Shown: positions 19,029 to 28,211 of the stretch, piece after piece
Layout of the letters: each line of letters starts with the position of its first letter
How positions within the stretch are numbered: position 1 is the stretch's first letter
Source: a bacterium
GTDB taxonomy: Bacteria; Electryoneota; RPQS01
Direction: 5' to 3'
Length of the DNA: 64,000 bases
Assembly: GCA_023382385.1 (NCBI GenBank)
Contig: JAHDVH010000002.1
Coordinates: forward strand, 4,957 to 68,956
Made by a program: the position numbers and the translations under genes
Notes under the pieces: generated by a model
What the model was told of the DNA's origin: nothing
Database searches by the model: none
Seen by the model: only the letters and a program-made list of their open reading frames with translations

Positions 19029-19766
19029 TTAATCGAGCTGTGGAATGTAAACAGAAATCATGCGGCGCCACGACGGCCAGTCGTGCGGCGTGTCGTTGCC
19101 CCAAAGATCTAAGTGGTGATTGATACCCTTTTCGGACATGATCGCAGACATACGTTTTGTTTGATCGATACAATTGCCTTCCCAGGCACCCTGCCCCACG
19201 ACGAGCGCAATATTGATGCGTCGTATTGCCTCAAGAGTGTCGCCATCTGTCAGATTTGGTAGATAGTCCATCGGATTCTGGAAGTAGAAGCTGTCGTCGT
19301 AGTAGCCTTCAAGCCGCTCGCGAATATCGTAGTTTCCGGACAGACAGAGCACATGACTGAAGTTCCACGGATACTTGAGAGCGAAGTTCAACGTATGATA
19401 GGCACCAAAGCTGGAACCGGTGGCCGCAATTCGAATGTCCAGTGACTTGCAATGATGGTGAATGAAGGGGAAAACCTCGTGAGTGATGTACTGCTCGTAA
19501 TACTCGTGCGCACGTACGCGTAGGTGTGGCGGGAGGCCCTTGTTAAACCAGCTCTCGGAGTCTATACCATCAACACAGAATACTTTTACGCCGCCGCCTT
19601 CGATACTGCCGCGGACAGTTTCAATCATGTGATTCGCTTCGTAGTCAAAGAAGCGGCCCTGCGCCGAAGGAAAAACAAGCAGGGGCCGCCCATAATGACC
19701 GAAGACGAGGAGTTCCATGTCGCGGCCAAGAGCCGGACTATACCATTTGTGATGTTCGCGTTGCAT
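19029..19766 (-). CDS. Alpha/beta-hydrolase esterase (PF00756-like)
   Basis: Nucleophile motif GSSFGAY. Overall similarity to esterase D/Fes-type proteins. Co-oriented with the ATP-grasp, MFS and GCS2 genes. Confidence 0.65.
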   Translation of the reverse strand: MQREHHKWYSPALGRDMELLVFGHYGRPLLVFPSAQGRFFDYEANHMIETVRGSIEGGGVKVFCVDGIDSESWFNKGLPPHLRVRAHEYYEQYITHEVFPFIHHHCKSLDIRIAATGSSFGAYHTLNFALKYPWNFSHVLCLSGNYDIRERLEGYYDDSFYFQNPMDYLPNLTDGDTLEAIRRINIALVVGQGAWEGNCIDQTKRMSAIMSEKGINHHLDLWGNDTPHDWPSWRRMISVYIPQLD

Positions 19767-19802
19767 TTGTAGTTAGGATGTGTTGTATGTCGAATGTGGG
19801 TA

Positions 19803-20993
19803 CTATGTCTGATTAAGACGTTCCGAGCGATTCATCGCAAGAGCGAAGAAACCGATCGCGGACAGCAGGCCGAAGAATGAACCGACGAAGAAGGGTGCGG
19901 AGGTCGAGACGTTGTCCCATAACCACCCTGCCATCATGCTTGCAAGAAACACAATAACCCCGGTTATCATGCCAAATACTCCGAGAGCGGTAGCACGCAC
20001 ATGCTTGTCCACAACGTTACTGATGAGTGCTCTAAACACCCCTTCGGTAAGCGCGGCAAAGAGCCCATACAGTATGAACAGCGGAAACACGACCCACGGT
20101 TCCCGCAGGAGCGCAAAGCCAAGGTAAACGAATGAATAGATCAAGAGTCCTGCTGCAAGCAGAAATTCCTTAGAGACACGGTCAGCGCGCCGCCCGATGG
20201 GGTAAGCAAAGAGTGAGTAGCAGGCATTGAAGCCCAGATAAGCCAGTAATACCTGTGACGTTGGAAGTCCTGTGTGCTTGCTCTTCAATATGAGGAATGC
20301 GTCGCTGCTGAAACCGAGGTAGCCGATTGCCGCAATAATTACAATTCCCCAGTAACGTTTGCCAAACTTCACGCACGCAGCCGGTTCTCCGGATCTTGCA
20401 GGTACTTCACGCCGCGTCTCGCGTATCTGAAGAATCAGGAGTACACCCAAAAGTGCGGGGATGAATGCAATCCAATAGAGTGATCGTAATCCACTCTGAT
20501 CGGCAGTACCCAGAGATTGCAGCAATACAAGTGAAATCGCGACCCCGCTCAATGCACCCGCCGTATCTAACGCACGATGCAAACCAAAGGCCCTGCCTCG
20601 AATTTCGGGCGGCGTCAAGTCGGCGATAAGTGCATCCCGCGCAGAACCGCGCAAACCCTTGCCAAAGCGATCGAGAACTCGTGCAAACAACACGAGCGGC
20701 CAGCCGATTGCGAGGGCAATGAGTGGCTTGGATACCGCAGACAGACCGTAGCCGACGAGGATAAAACGCTTACGCTTTTGAATTCGATCTGAATACCAAC
20801 CGCTGACTCCCTTAAGAATACTCGCGACTCCCTCGGCTGCTCCTTCAATCAACCCAACAACGCTTGCGGAGGCGCCGAGTACCATGGTCAAGAACAACGG
20901 CGTAACAGCATACAGCATCTCGCTGGAAACGTCCGTGAAGAAACTCACCCAGCCGAGACGTTTGACGTCCGGCGATAGTCGCTGTTCTCTCAT
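19803..20993 (-). CDS. MFS transporter
   Basis: About 12 predicted hydrophobic helices. MFS-type loop motifs (GWYSDRIQKRKRFILVGYGL; LDRFGKGLRGSARDALIADL). Confidence 0.75.
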   Translation of the reverse strand: MREQRLSPDVKRLGWVSFFTDVSSEMLYAVTPLFLTMVLGASASVVGLIEGAAEGVASILKGVSGWYSDRIQKRKRFILVGYGLSAVSKPLIALAIGWPLVLFARVLDRFGKGLRGSARDALIADLTPPEIRGRAFGLHRALDTAGALSGVAISLVLLQSLGTADQSGLRSLYWIAFIPALLGVLLILQIRETRREVPARSGEPAACVKFGKRYWGIVIIAAIGYLGFSSDAFLILKSKHTGLPTSQVLLAYLGFNACYSLFAYPIGRRADRVSKEFLLAAGLLIYSFVYLGFALLREPWVVFPLFILYGLFAALTEGVFRALISNVVDKHVRATALGVFGMITGVIVFLASMMAGWLWDNVSTSAPFFVGSFFGLLSAIGFFALAMNRSERLNQT

Positions 20994-21010
20994 TTCAGAT
21001 TAAAGACGTT

Positions 21011-22132
21011 CTACGCATTCTTCACACTCTCCTGAAACTCGTTGACAACGGACTCAGTGACCGCTTCAAAACTCTGGGTCTTCCGATAGATTGCTCTCTG
21101 GCGGTCGTAACTGCCGCCGCGATCTACAATCTTCATAATGTGCTGTAACTCGCGCAGACAGTTTTGTTGAACAGCAAACGGAGTGAGTGTGCGGACAAGC
21201 TTTTCAAGGTCGTCGCGCATATTTCGCGTCGTTCCATCGTCGGAGTGAACAATGTCGGCGTCGAGTCCCCAGCGAGTCGCACGCCATTTGTTTTCGCGGA
21301 TGAACCAGTATTTATGAATGGGCAGTTCTTCGCCATTGTCATAGAGTTCTTCAAGGTAACAAACCAGACACTGTGCCAAGGCGACCAGCGCGAGAACATC
21401 ATCGAGATCCGGCGTTGCATCACAGATTCGAATCTCTATGGTCCCGAACTTGGGATGAGGCCGCACATCCCACCAGATTTCCTGAATGGACTGAATCGCG
21501 CCGGCATGAATCAGTGTTTTCATAAAGCGCTGGAACTCCGCCCAGTTGAGCATTCGCTGGGGAAGTCCGGCGGTAGGCATGGCTTCAAAGACTTTGATAC
21601 GGCAGGAGGCAAGTCCTGTCTCTTCTCCCATGAAATAGGGCGACGCGGCAGAAACTGCGAGCAGGTGGGGCAAAAAGGTTGTCATGGCGTTGAAAATCGC
21701 GATTGCCTTCTCCGCGGTCTTTACACCGACGTGGACGTGAAGACCCATGATCATCGCACGTCGAGCAGGCCATTGCATTTTGTTAACGAGCGTCATGTAT
21801 CGCTGATTTTCTGTAATGGTCATGTCGTGCCAAAGCGCTGTGGGATGCGTTGCCACGAATGTCGTCGTCAACCCTAGCCTCTTCGCTGCCGCCTCAACAA
21901 TGAGAAACTTTTCAACTAGCTCGCGCTTGACATCAGCCACGGTTCGGCAAGGCGTCGTAATCACCTCGATTATGCACTGAAGCAGTTCGGGCTTTGCCCA
22001 GCCAACGTCGCCGAGTTCGGCCAAAAGTTCGGGAACCCGATTGACGACTTGTTTCGTCTTGGGGTCAAGCAGCAGGAGCTCACATTCAACGCCTAACGTA
22101 GGCTCAGGCGAACCATTGAAAATCAATGCCAT
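21011..22132 (-). CDS. Glutamate-cysteine ligase family 2 (YbdK-type carboxylate-amine ligase)
   Basis: N-terminal GCS2 signature TLGVECELLLLD, ~370 aa length and conserved central blocks (HVHVGV, GTIEIR) typical of the YbdK/GCS2 family. Confidence 0.7.
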   Translation of the reverse strand: MALIFNGSPEPTLGVECELLLLDPKTKQVVNRVPELLAELGDVGWAKPELLQCIIEVITTPCRTVADVKRELVEKFLIVEAAAKRLGLTTTFVATHPTALWHDMTITENQRYMTLVNKMQWPARRAMIMGLHVHVGVKTAEKAIAIFNAMTTFLPHLLAVSAASPYFMGEETGLASCRIKVFEAMPTAGLPQRMLNWAEFQRFMKTLIHAGAIQSIQEIWWDVRPHPKFGTIEIRICDATPDLDDVLALVALAQCLVCYLEELYDNGEELPIHKYWFIRENKWRATRWGLDADIVHSDDGTTRNMRDDLEKLVRTLTPFAVQQNCLRELQHIMKIVDRGGSYDRQRAIYRKTQSFEAVTESVVNEFQESVKNA

Positions 22133-22315
22133 AGGGAAATAGTGGGTGGGAATTTAGCAGGATTAGGATACAGGAAAGATACGGAAACACTCCGCTGAAT
22201 TCAACGGTTTTCCATGAGAATTATCATTTGCGCGGATGCCAGAATGCTTCTCTTTCCATTGGTACAGGAAATTGCTATATTTTAGGTTATCCACAATCCG
22301 GTCTCGCGCTCATCA

Positions 22316-23752
22316 ATGCCACAATTCAGCTTAAGAAGCATTTTCCCCGTTCCGGCGCACGAACTATTCGAGTGGCACATGAGGATCGGCGCTTTGGAAC
22401 GGTTGACCCCGCCGTGGTCCGCGATAAAGGTCACGTGGGGCGACGAACATGTCCGCGAAGGAAGTCGCCGTGAACTCTCTGTCCCGGCAGGTCCGTTTCG
22501 CACAAAGTGGCTTGCCAAGCATCATAGCGTAATCGAGGGACAGCAGTTCATTGACGAACAGGAACACGGACCGTTTCGGAAATGGGCACATTTGCACAAG
22601 TGCACGGATCTTGGAGACGGCAGAAGCGAGCTTGAGGATAGGATCGACTTCGAGTATCCCCTTGGCAGGTTCGGCGAGCTGTTGGGGAGGCGTCAGGTCT
22701 ATTGGATGCTAAATACGGCATTCCCCTGGCGACACGAACGGACTTGGCTTGATCTGTCAAGACATGCCGAGTTCGCTGGCAGGCCGCGCTTGAAAGTGGC
22801 AATTACCGGTGCAACTGGACTCATTGGGTCAAGCCTGAAGAGCTTCTTGACAACCGGCGGCCATGAAGTCTATTCGATAGTCAGAAAGAAGGGCATCGAA
22901 GGAAGTATCTTCTGGGATCCGCGGCGGGGAGAAATCGAGTCCGACAAGCTCGAAGGCTTGGACGCCGTTGTGCATCTTGCGGGCCGAAGCATCGCGGGGA
23001 GCCGTTGGACAGAATCCGCAAAGCGCGAGATTATGGACAGTCGTGTGCAAGGCACAACACTTATCGCCACGACGATTGCCAACTTGAAGCAGCCGCCGAG
23101 GGTTCTCATTAGTGCCTCCGGTATGGGAGTCTATGCCGAGTCTGATCTGCCCGTTGCAGAAGACGGGCCTCTGGGGACAAGTTTCACGGCCGACGTTGTT
23201 CGAGCCTGGGAAGCATCGGCCGATTCTGCCAGGCGGGCGGGGATCCGTGTCGTTCATCCCCGTATCTCGACGGTTGTTTCTGGCTGGGGTGGCATGCTGG
23301 GAAAGCTTCTACCTGTCTTCAAGTTCGGTTTTGGTGGACGGGTCGGGAGTGGGCGACAGGTGTTGAGTTGGATCCATCTTGATGACTTGGTTGCTGCTTT
23401 TTACAGAATGATCTACGATGACCGTCTGGCTGGTCCAGTAAATTGCGCATCCGGCACAGCGATTACAAATGCTGAATTTACAAATACTTTAGGGCGAGTT
23501 CTCTTTCGCCCAACACTTGCCTCTGTCCCAGAAACCATTGTAAATATTGCCTTTGGTGACATGGGCAGAGAACTACTGCTGAGTAGTCTTAATGTTCATC
23601 CAGCCATCCTGGAGAGTGCGGGCTTCAAGCCATGGTTTCCAGACTTGGAGAGTGCCCTGCGCTTCGAGACTGGCAAACCCCATGACCATTCACCTCCCTT
23701 CCACCCTACTCCTCTGCCACAAAGTGGAAGAAATGAGTATCTAATATCTTGA
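22316..23752 (+). CDS. Fusion protein: N-terminal SRPBCC (polyketide-cyclase-like) domain plus C-terminal TIGR01777/YfcH-type NAD-dependent epimerase (DUF1731)
   Basis: Rossmann motif ITGATGLIGSSL in the middle of the protein. About 150 aa of N-terminal non-Rossmann sequence with an SRPBCC-like pattern. YfcH-like C terminus. Confidence 0.65.
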   Translation: MPQFSLRSIFPVPAHELFEWHMRIGALERLTPPWSAIKVTWGDEHVREGSRRELSVPAGPFRTKWLAKHHSVIEGQQFIDEQEHGPFRKWAHLHKCTDLGDGRSELEDRIDFEYPLGRFGELLGRRQVYWMLNTAFPWRHERTWLDLSRHAEFAGRPRLKVAITGATGLIGSSLKSFLTTGGHEVYSIVRKKGIEGSIFWDPRRGEIESDKLEGLDAVVHLAGRSIAGSRWTESAKREIMDSRVQGTTLIATTIANLKQPPRVLISASGMGVYAESDLPVAEDGPLGTSFTADVVRAWEASADSARRAGIRVVHPRISTVVSGWGGMLGKLLPVFKFGFGGRVGSGRQVLSWIHLDDLVAAFYRMIYDDRLAGPVNCASGTAITNAEFTNTLGRVLFRPTLASVPETIVNIAFGDMGRELLLSSLNVHPAILESAGFKPWFPDLESALRFETGKPHDHSPPFHPTPLPQSGRNEYLIS

Positions 23753-23867
23753 CCAGCGACGGCCTCCTCAGTTGCACGGCAGCGCAATGTTGCAGCACGG
23801 GATCTGGCGCGCGTGGCAGCAGGAATATCCTTTCGATTCAACATTTCCTTTTCAAAAAAATCCCAGC

Positions 23868-25742
23868 ATGGAGAAGATGATGAAACGCACGTGGTTGTTT
23901 CTAGTTCTGGCCGGTCTTTTGGCGAACAACGCATTCGCCGACAAGATCAAAATCGAGAAGCTCGATGATCTTCCTCGACACACATACAAGATTGACAAGA
24001 AGGTAGTCGACTTCCTTAAAGACGATGCCGCGATTCGGAAACTGGCAGCTGAAGTGAAGCGGGACATATTGTCGGATCTTGATACATATGAGATTTCCGA
24101 CAAATCGACGTTGCAGGGCATGTATGCAAATCTGGGCACCATTGCAATTATCGAAGGTGACTGGGCGCGTTACATCGAGCTGGTCAATAAGCGCATCGAA
24201 CTTGAGGACAAGGAGGCCGCGAGACACACGACCGCAATGATTGGTCGTGCCATTGCCAGCGCACAGTTAAAAGGTCAGGAAAACTACGACGCAAATCTCG
24301 CTAAGGAGATTCGTTCAATGCTGGCCGGCATGCCTTACGAAGTCGTGGAAGCGAACGTGAAGGCACAGAAGGGTGGTGCAGAGATGGCATCCGAAGCCCT
24401 GGTCATTGGTGGTCTGGATGCCAGTTTGCAGCCGCAGCTCGACAAGACCAACGGCGAGATGACGCAGGACAATGCCAACTCCTTGCTCGGACCGTATTTC
24501 TCACTGCGCTATTACATTCCCAAGAAAGAGATTTTCGTTGCAGCACTGACTGACTACATCGATTCGCACAAAGTGGAGAAGCAGGACATCTGGGCCGCGC
24601 GCAATTTCTCCTTGGATAAAGGCAAGAACTACAAGCCGGTCGTTTTGGCCGTTTGGGACTCAGGAGTGGACTGGAATATCTTCAGCCCGCTGAACCAGAT
24701 GTGGACAAACGAGAAGGAAATTCCCGGCAATAACAAGGATGACGACAACAACGGATTCGTCGATGACGTACACGGCATCGCCTTTGATTTGCACTCGAAC
24801 AAGGAGACTTCGATTCTCTATCCGATCGGCAAACAGAATATGGGCGATGAGAACCAGATGCGCCGTTGGATGAAAGGATTGGGTGACGTTCAGTCGGCGA
24901 TAGAGAGCGAAGAAGCCTCGGAAATCAAGCAACATTTGTCGACGTTGAAGCAGGAGGATGTTCAGCCATTCATTGAGAGTATTAGCCTTTACGGCAATTA
25001 CTGTCATGGGACTCATGTCGCTGGTATCGCGGCGGAAGGCAACCCCTATGTCCGCTTGATGGCCGCTCGTTTGACATTTGACCACCATATGATTCCTGAA
25101 CTTCCGACTGTCGAGCAGGCCACTAAGGATGCTGCGGCTTTGACTGAGGCGATCGAGTATTTCAAGAAGAACGGCGTGCGCGCGGTCAACATGAGTTGGG
25201 GCGGGTCGCTTCGTTCAATTGAAGACGCTCTGGAAACTCACAATGCAGGCGGCACGCCGGAAGAACGGAAGGCTCTGGCGCGGAAGATTTACACAATTGG
25301 CGACACTGCATTCAAGAATGCGATTGTCAATGCGCCTGACATTCTATTTATTACCAGCGCAGGCAACTCGAATATCGACAACGCTTTTGCCGAGTTCTAC
25401 CCCTCAAGCTACGACTTGCCGAATATCATTTCGATCGGCGCGGTCGATCAAGCGGGTGAGGAAACCAGCTTCACAAGCTTTGGCAAAGTTGACGTCTATG
25501 CAAATGGTTTCGAGGTGAATAGCTATGTGCCAGGGGGCACTCAGATGAAAATGAATGGGACCTCGATGAGCTCTCCTCAGGTGCTGAATCTTGTCGGCAA
25601 GCTGCTGGCCATAAAGCCCGACCTGAAACCGTCGCAATTGCGCGATCTCATTATTAATGGCGCCGACGAACGCAAGGCCGGTGACCGCTCGGTGAGGCTG
25701 ATGAATCCCAAGAAGTCGCTGGAACTCCTTGAACGCAGCTAA
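23868..25742 (+). CDS. Secreted S8 subtilisin-family serine peptidase with long N-terminal non-catalytic region
   Basis: Signal peptide MEKMMKRTWLFLVLAGLLANNAFA. Catalytic triad motifs VWDSGVD (Asp), HGTHVAGIAA (His) and GTSMSSPQV (Ser). Confidence 0.8.
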   Translation: MEKMMKRTWLFLVLAGLLANNAFADKIKIEKLDDLPRHTYKIDKKVVDFLKDDAAIRKLAAEVKRDILSDLDTYEISDKSTLQGMYANLGTIAIIEGDWARYIELVNKRIELEDKEAARHTTAMIGRAIASAQLKGQENYDANLAKEIRSMLAGMPYEVVEANVKAQKGGAEMASEALVIGGLDASLQPQLDKTNGEMTQDNANSLLGPYFSLRYYIPKKEIFVAALTDYIDSHKVEKQDIWAARNFSLDKGKNYKPVVLAVWDSGVDWNIFSPLNQMWTNEKEIPGNNKDDDNNGFVDDVHGIAFDLHSNKETSILYPIGKQNMGDENQMRRWMKGLGDVQSAIESEEASEIKQHLSTLKQEDVQPFIESISLYGNYCHGTHVAGIAAEGNPYVRLMAARLTFDHHMIPELPTVEQATKDAAALTEAIEYFKKNGVRAVNMSWGGSLRSIEDALETHNAGGTPEERKALARKIYTIGDTAFKNAIVNAPDILFITSAGNSNIDNAFAEFYPSSYDLPNIISIGAVDQAGEETSFTSFGKVDVYANGFEVNSYVPGGTQMKMNGTSMSSPQVLNLVGKLLAIKPDLKPSQLRDLIINGADERKAGDRSVRLMNPKKSLELLERS

Positions 25743-25762
25743 CGTATAATGCTGGAACCGCG

Positions 25763-25798
25763 AAGGGGCCGGTGATGCACCGGCCCCTTCTGTTTGGC
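25763..25798 (+). terminator. Rho-independent terminator
   Basis: Hairpin gaaggggccggtg-atg-caccggccccttc followed by TGTTTGG, downstream of the S8 peptidase gene. Confidence 0.55.
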
Positions 25799-25813
25799 TG
25801 TCCTCCGGGATGG

Positions 25814-26503
25814 CTAAGAAAGGGCAAAGTCCACGGCTGCGGTTGCGTGGATCAGCGTTGTGTCGTATCCGATCACAGGGCACTCGGCCGGTTTGATGAG
25901 CAGAGGAATTTCCGTGCAACCAAGAATGATTCCCTGTGCTCCTTGTTCCTTTAGATCTTCCATGATTCTCACATAGGTTTGCTTGGTCTCTTCTTTGAAT
26001 AAGCCGAGTCCAAGTTCCTCAAAAATGGTGGAATGAATATAGTCGCGGGTTTGTTTGTCCGGAACCAGAGTCTGAATGCCGAATCTGGCGAGAATGTCTC
26101 GGTAGAATGGTTGTTCCAACGTAAACGATGTGCCGAGGAGTCCGACGCAGGAGTGCCGGTGTTTAAGGATCTCCTTCGCTGTGGCTTCGGCAATATGAAT
26201 CAATGGGATGCCAATAGCAGACCGCACTCCATCCGCAACGATATGCGGTGTATTCGCACACAAGAGCAGACCTTCCGCACCTGCCTGCTCAAGTTGGCGC
26301 GCTATCGGGACCAGAAACTTCTCTGACGACTCCCACCCGCCGGTTTGATTGTCTGAATAAAACTCGTGGAAATTCATCGAATGGAGGATCAACCTTGCAG
26401 AGTGTAATCCCCCGAGTCGTTCGTTGGTAATCTTGTTGATTAGTTTATAGTAGTCAAGCGTCGAGTGCCAGCTCGTCCCACCAATCAGACCAAGTGTTTT
26501 CAT
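25814..26503 (-). CDS. Aspartate/glutamate racemase family protein
   Basis: N terminus MKTLGLIGGTSWHSTLDYYKLIN. Conserved Cys-containing blocks LLCANTPH and ILGCTEIPLL. The longer ORF in the track (to 27022) is an upstream read-through lacking homology; true start placed at the ATG at 26503. Confidence 0.75.
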   Translation of the reverse strand: MKTLGLIGGTSWHSTLDYYKLINKITNERLGGLHSARLILHSMNFHEFYSDNQTGGWESSEKFLVPIARQLEQAGAEGLLLCANTPHIVADGVRSAIGIPLIHIAEATAKEILKHRHSCVGLLGTSFTLEQPFYRDILARFGIQTLVPDKQTRDYIHSTIFEELGLGLFKEETKQTYVRIMEDLKEQGAQGIILGCTEIPLLIKPAECPVIGYDTTLIHATAAVDFALS

Positions 26504-26578
26504 CTGCAAACTTTCGTATTTTGAGATAGGTGAATCTAACGTCATGGCCAGACAAAGGCAAGTCAGAGGAGTAGATTT

Positions 26579-26995
26579 GTGAGGAAATTCATATTTGGCG
26601 GAGCCGATATCAAGTCGGGAGCCGCGAATCTCGGATTGTTGATTCTCCGGGTGTTCACTGGTCTCACCATGGCCATTGCACATGGCTGGGGGAAAACCCC
26701 ACCTTCCGAAAAATTCATCGAAGGCGTCGGCAAGATGGGTTTTCCGGTGCCCGAAGTCTTCGCATGGGCCGCAAGCCTCTCGGAATTCGGCGGTGGGCTG
26801 TTGCTCGCTCTTGGCTTGGCTACTCGCCCAGCGGCATTCTTCATTGCGTTTACGGTGGGCGTTGCTGGATTTGTCCGGCACGCCGATGATCCATTCGCGA
26901 CCGCCGAGAAAGCCTTTTTGTTCCTCGCCATTTCGGTAGCTTTCGTTTTCATCGGCGGCGGACGGTTCGCTTTGGACCGGAGTTTCTCCAAGTAA
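26579..26995 (+). CDS. DoxX family membrane protein
   Basis: Small 4-TM protein with a DoxX-like N terminus LGLLILRVFTGLTMAIAHGWGK. Confidence 0.65.
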   Translation: MRKFIFGGADIKSGAANLGLLILRVFTGLTMAIAHGWGKTPPSEKFIEGVGKMGFPVPEVFAWAASLSEFGGGLLLALGLATRPAAFFIAFTVGVAGFVRHADDPFATAEKAFLFLAISVAFVFIGGGRFALDRSFSK

Positions 26996-27040
26996 TTCAG
27001 CGAGGTAGAGTCTGATTTCCAAAACGATGTGTTAGAGGAT

Positions 27041-27080
27041 AACAAGAGGCGGCCAAGGCCGCCTCTTGTTTCGTAATTTT
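27041..27080. terminator. Bidirectional rho-independent terminator
   Basis: Hairpin aacaagaggcggcc-aag-gccgcctcttgtt followed by TCGTAATTTT, between convergent DoxX and SPFH genes. Confidence 0.6.
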
Positions 27081-27101
27081 ACGAAATACTGCTCTCTTGG
27101 C

Positions 27102-27917
27102 CTACTGATTGCCAAGGATAATTGGCAAACCGTCCTTTCCCGAGCCCACTACCACGACCTTGGCATTTGTGGAAGTTGCTAATTTTTCAGTAGCTTCAAT
27201 CCCTTTCCAGCGGAGGAATGCATCACTAAGACCTTGAGAAACAATCTTCTGGAAATCGGCAATTCCTTGTGCTTCAATACGCTTCCGGTCGGCCTCTTGA
27301 GTTTCCTTGGTCAAAATGAACTCCATGCGCTGAGACTCTTGTTCAGACTGCAGCTTCTGTTCGATGGAGGCCATCAAATTTGAAGGCAGGCTAATCTGTC
27401 GGAGGGGAGTTGCTTCGATAGTGAGACCTCTTGGCTGGACGCTTGCCGCCAAGAGTGATTGTATCTGCTGGGCGAGGATTTCGCGCTCGGAAGTATATAG
27501 GGCGCGCGCCTCATAACCTGCTGTTACTCCACGAGTTACAGATCTGAAGTTAGGTTCGAGAATGATCTGACGATAGTTCGGTCCGACGGTCTTGTAAACA
27601 TCTGCAGCCATCTCCGGGTTCAAGTGGAACAGAACAGAGATTTCGAGCTGGACGGAAAGTCCCTCTTTTGAAGGAACTACCATGACTTCCTTGGCCTCCT
27701 GCGTCTTTACAGAGAACTTGTGAATGTTCGCAAGGGGATTTCTGAAATTGACACCCGGCTTCAGAGTCTGGTCCGACACCTTGCCGAAGAAGTCCACAAC
27801 CCCGACGTGTCCGGCCGGAATAATGACAAAACAACGCAAAACCAGCAGTAAAATGGTGATTCCGATGAAGATCTTCAGGAAATGGCCTGGGCCAAGCGTC
27901 GGGCGATAAGTCTGCAT
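27102..27917 (-). CDS. SPFH/band-7 (prohibitin/HflC-like) membrane protein
   Basis: N-terminal TM segment followed by an SPFH-type domain (IIPAGHVGVVDFFGKV...). C-terminal coiled-coil-like region rich in E/Q/K. Confidence 0.7.
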   Translation of the reverse strand: MQTYRPTLGPGHFLKIFIGITILLLVLRCFVIIPAGHVGVVDFFGKVSDQTLKPGVNFRNPLANIHKFSVKTQEAKEVMVVPSKEGLSVQLEISVLFHLNPEMAADVYKTVGPNYRQIILEPNFRSVTRGVTAGYEARALYTSEREILAQQIQSLLAASVQPRGLTIEATPLRQISLPSNLMASIEQKLQSEQESQRMEFILTKETQEADRKRIEAQGIADFQKIVSQGLSDAFLRWKGIEATEKLATSTNAKVVVVGSGKDGLPIILGNQ

Positions 27918-28211
27918 GTCGTGCTCCTTTATGAAAGCTCTTGATAATTTATAAGATTGGGTCTCTTAAGATGGGGATTTTGGCGTGTAAAGGCAAACCT
28001 TCCCCACAGAGAGGAATTTCCGACTCAATTGGGGTCAATGTCGGTTTGTGTCGGAGCATCGCAACAGTTGAGAGTTGCGGGGATTATTTGTAAACTCTAT
28101 GTTTCGGGGCAACTATTGGTGGGACATTGGGCAGAAGCAATTCTACGGTTCCAATGCCGCACCCGAAGCGCTTGACTTGGATAACAGGTTATTGACTAAC
28201 AGAAGTGAGCC

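Noticed and set aside
25814-27022. Long 402-aa ORF in the ORF track for the aspartate racemase gene.
   Set aside because: Only the C-terminal ~230 aa (from MKTLGLIGG, ATG at 26503) show racemase homology. The upstream 170 aa are low-complexity read-through with no signal and overlap the DoxX gene region on the other strand. The start was moved to 26503.
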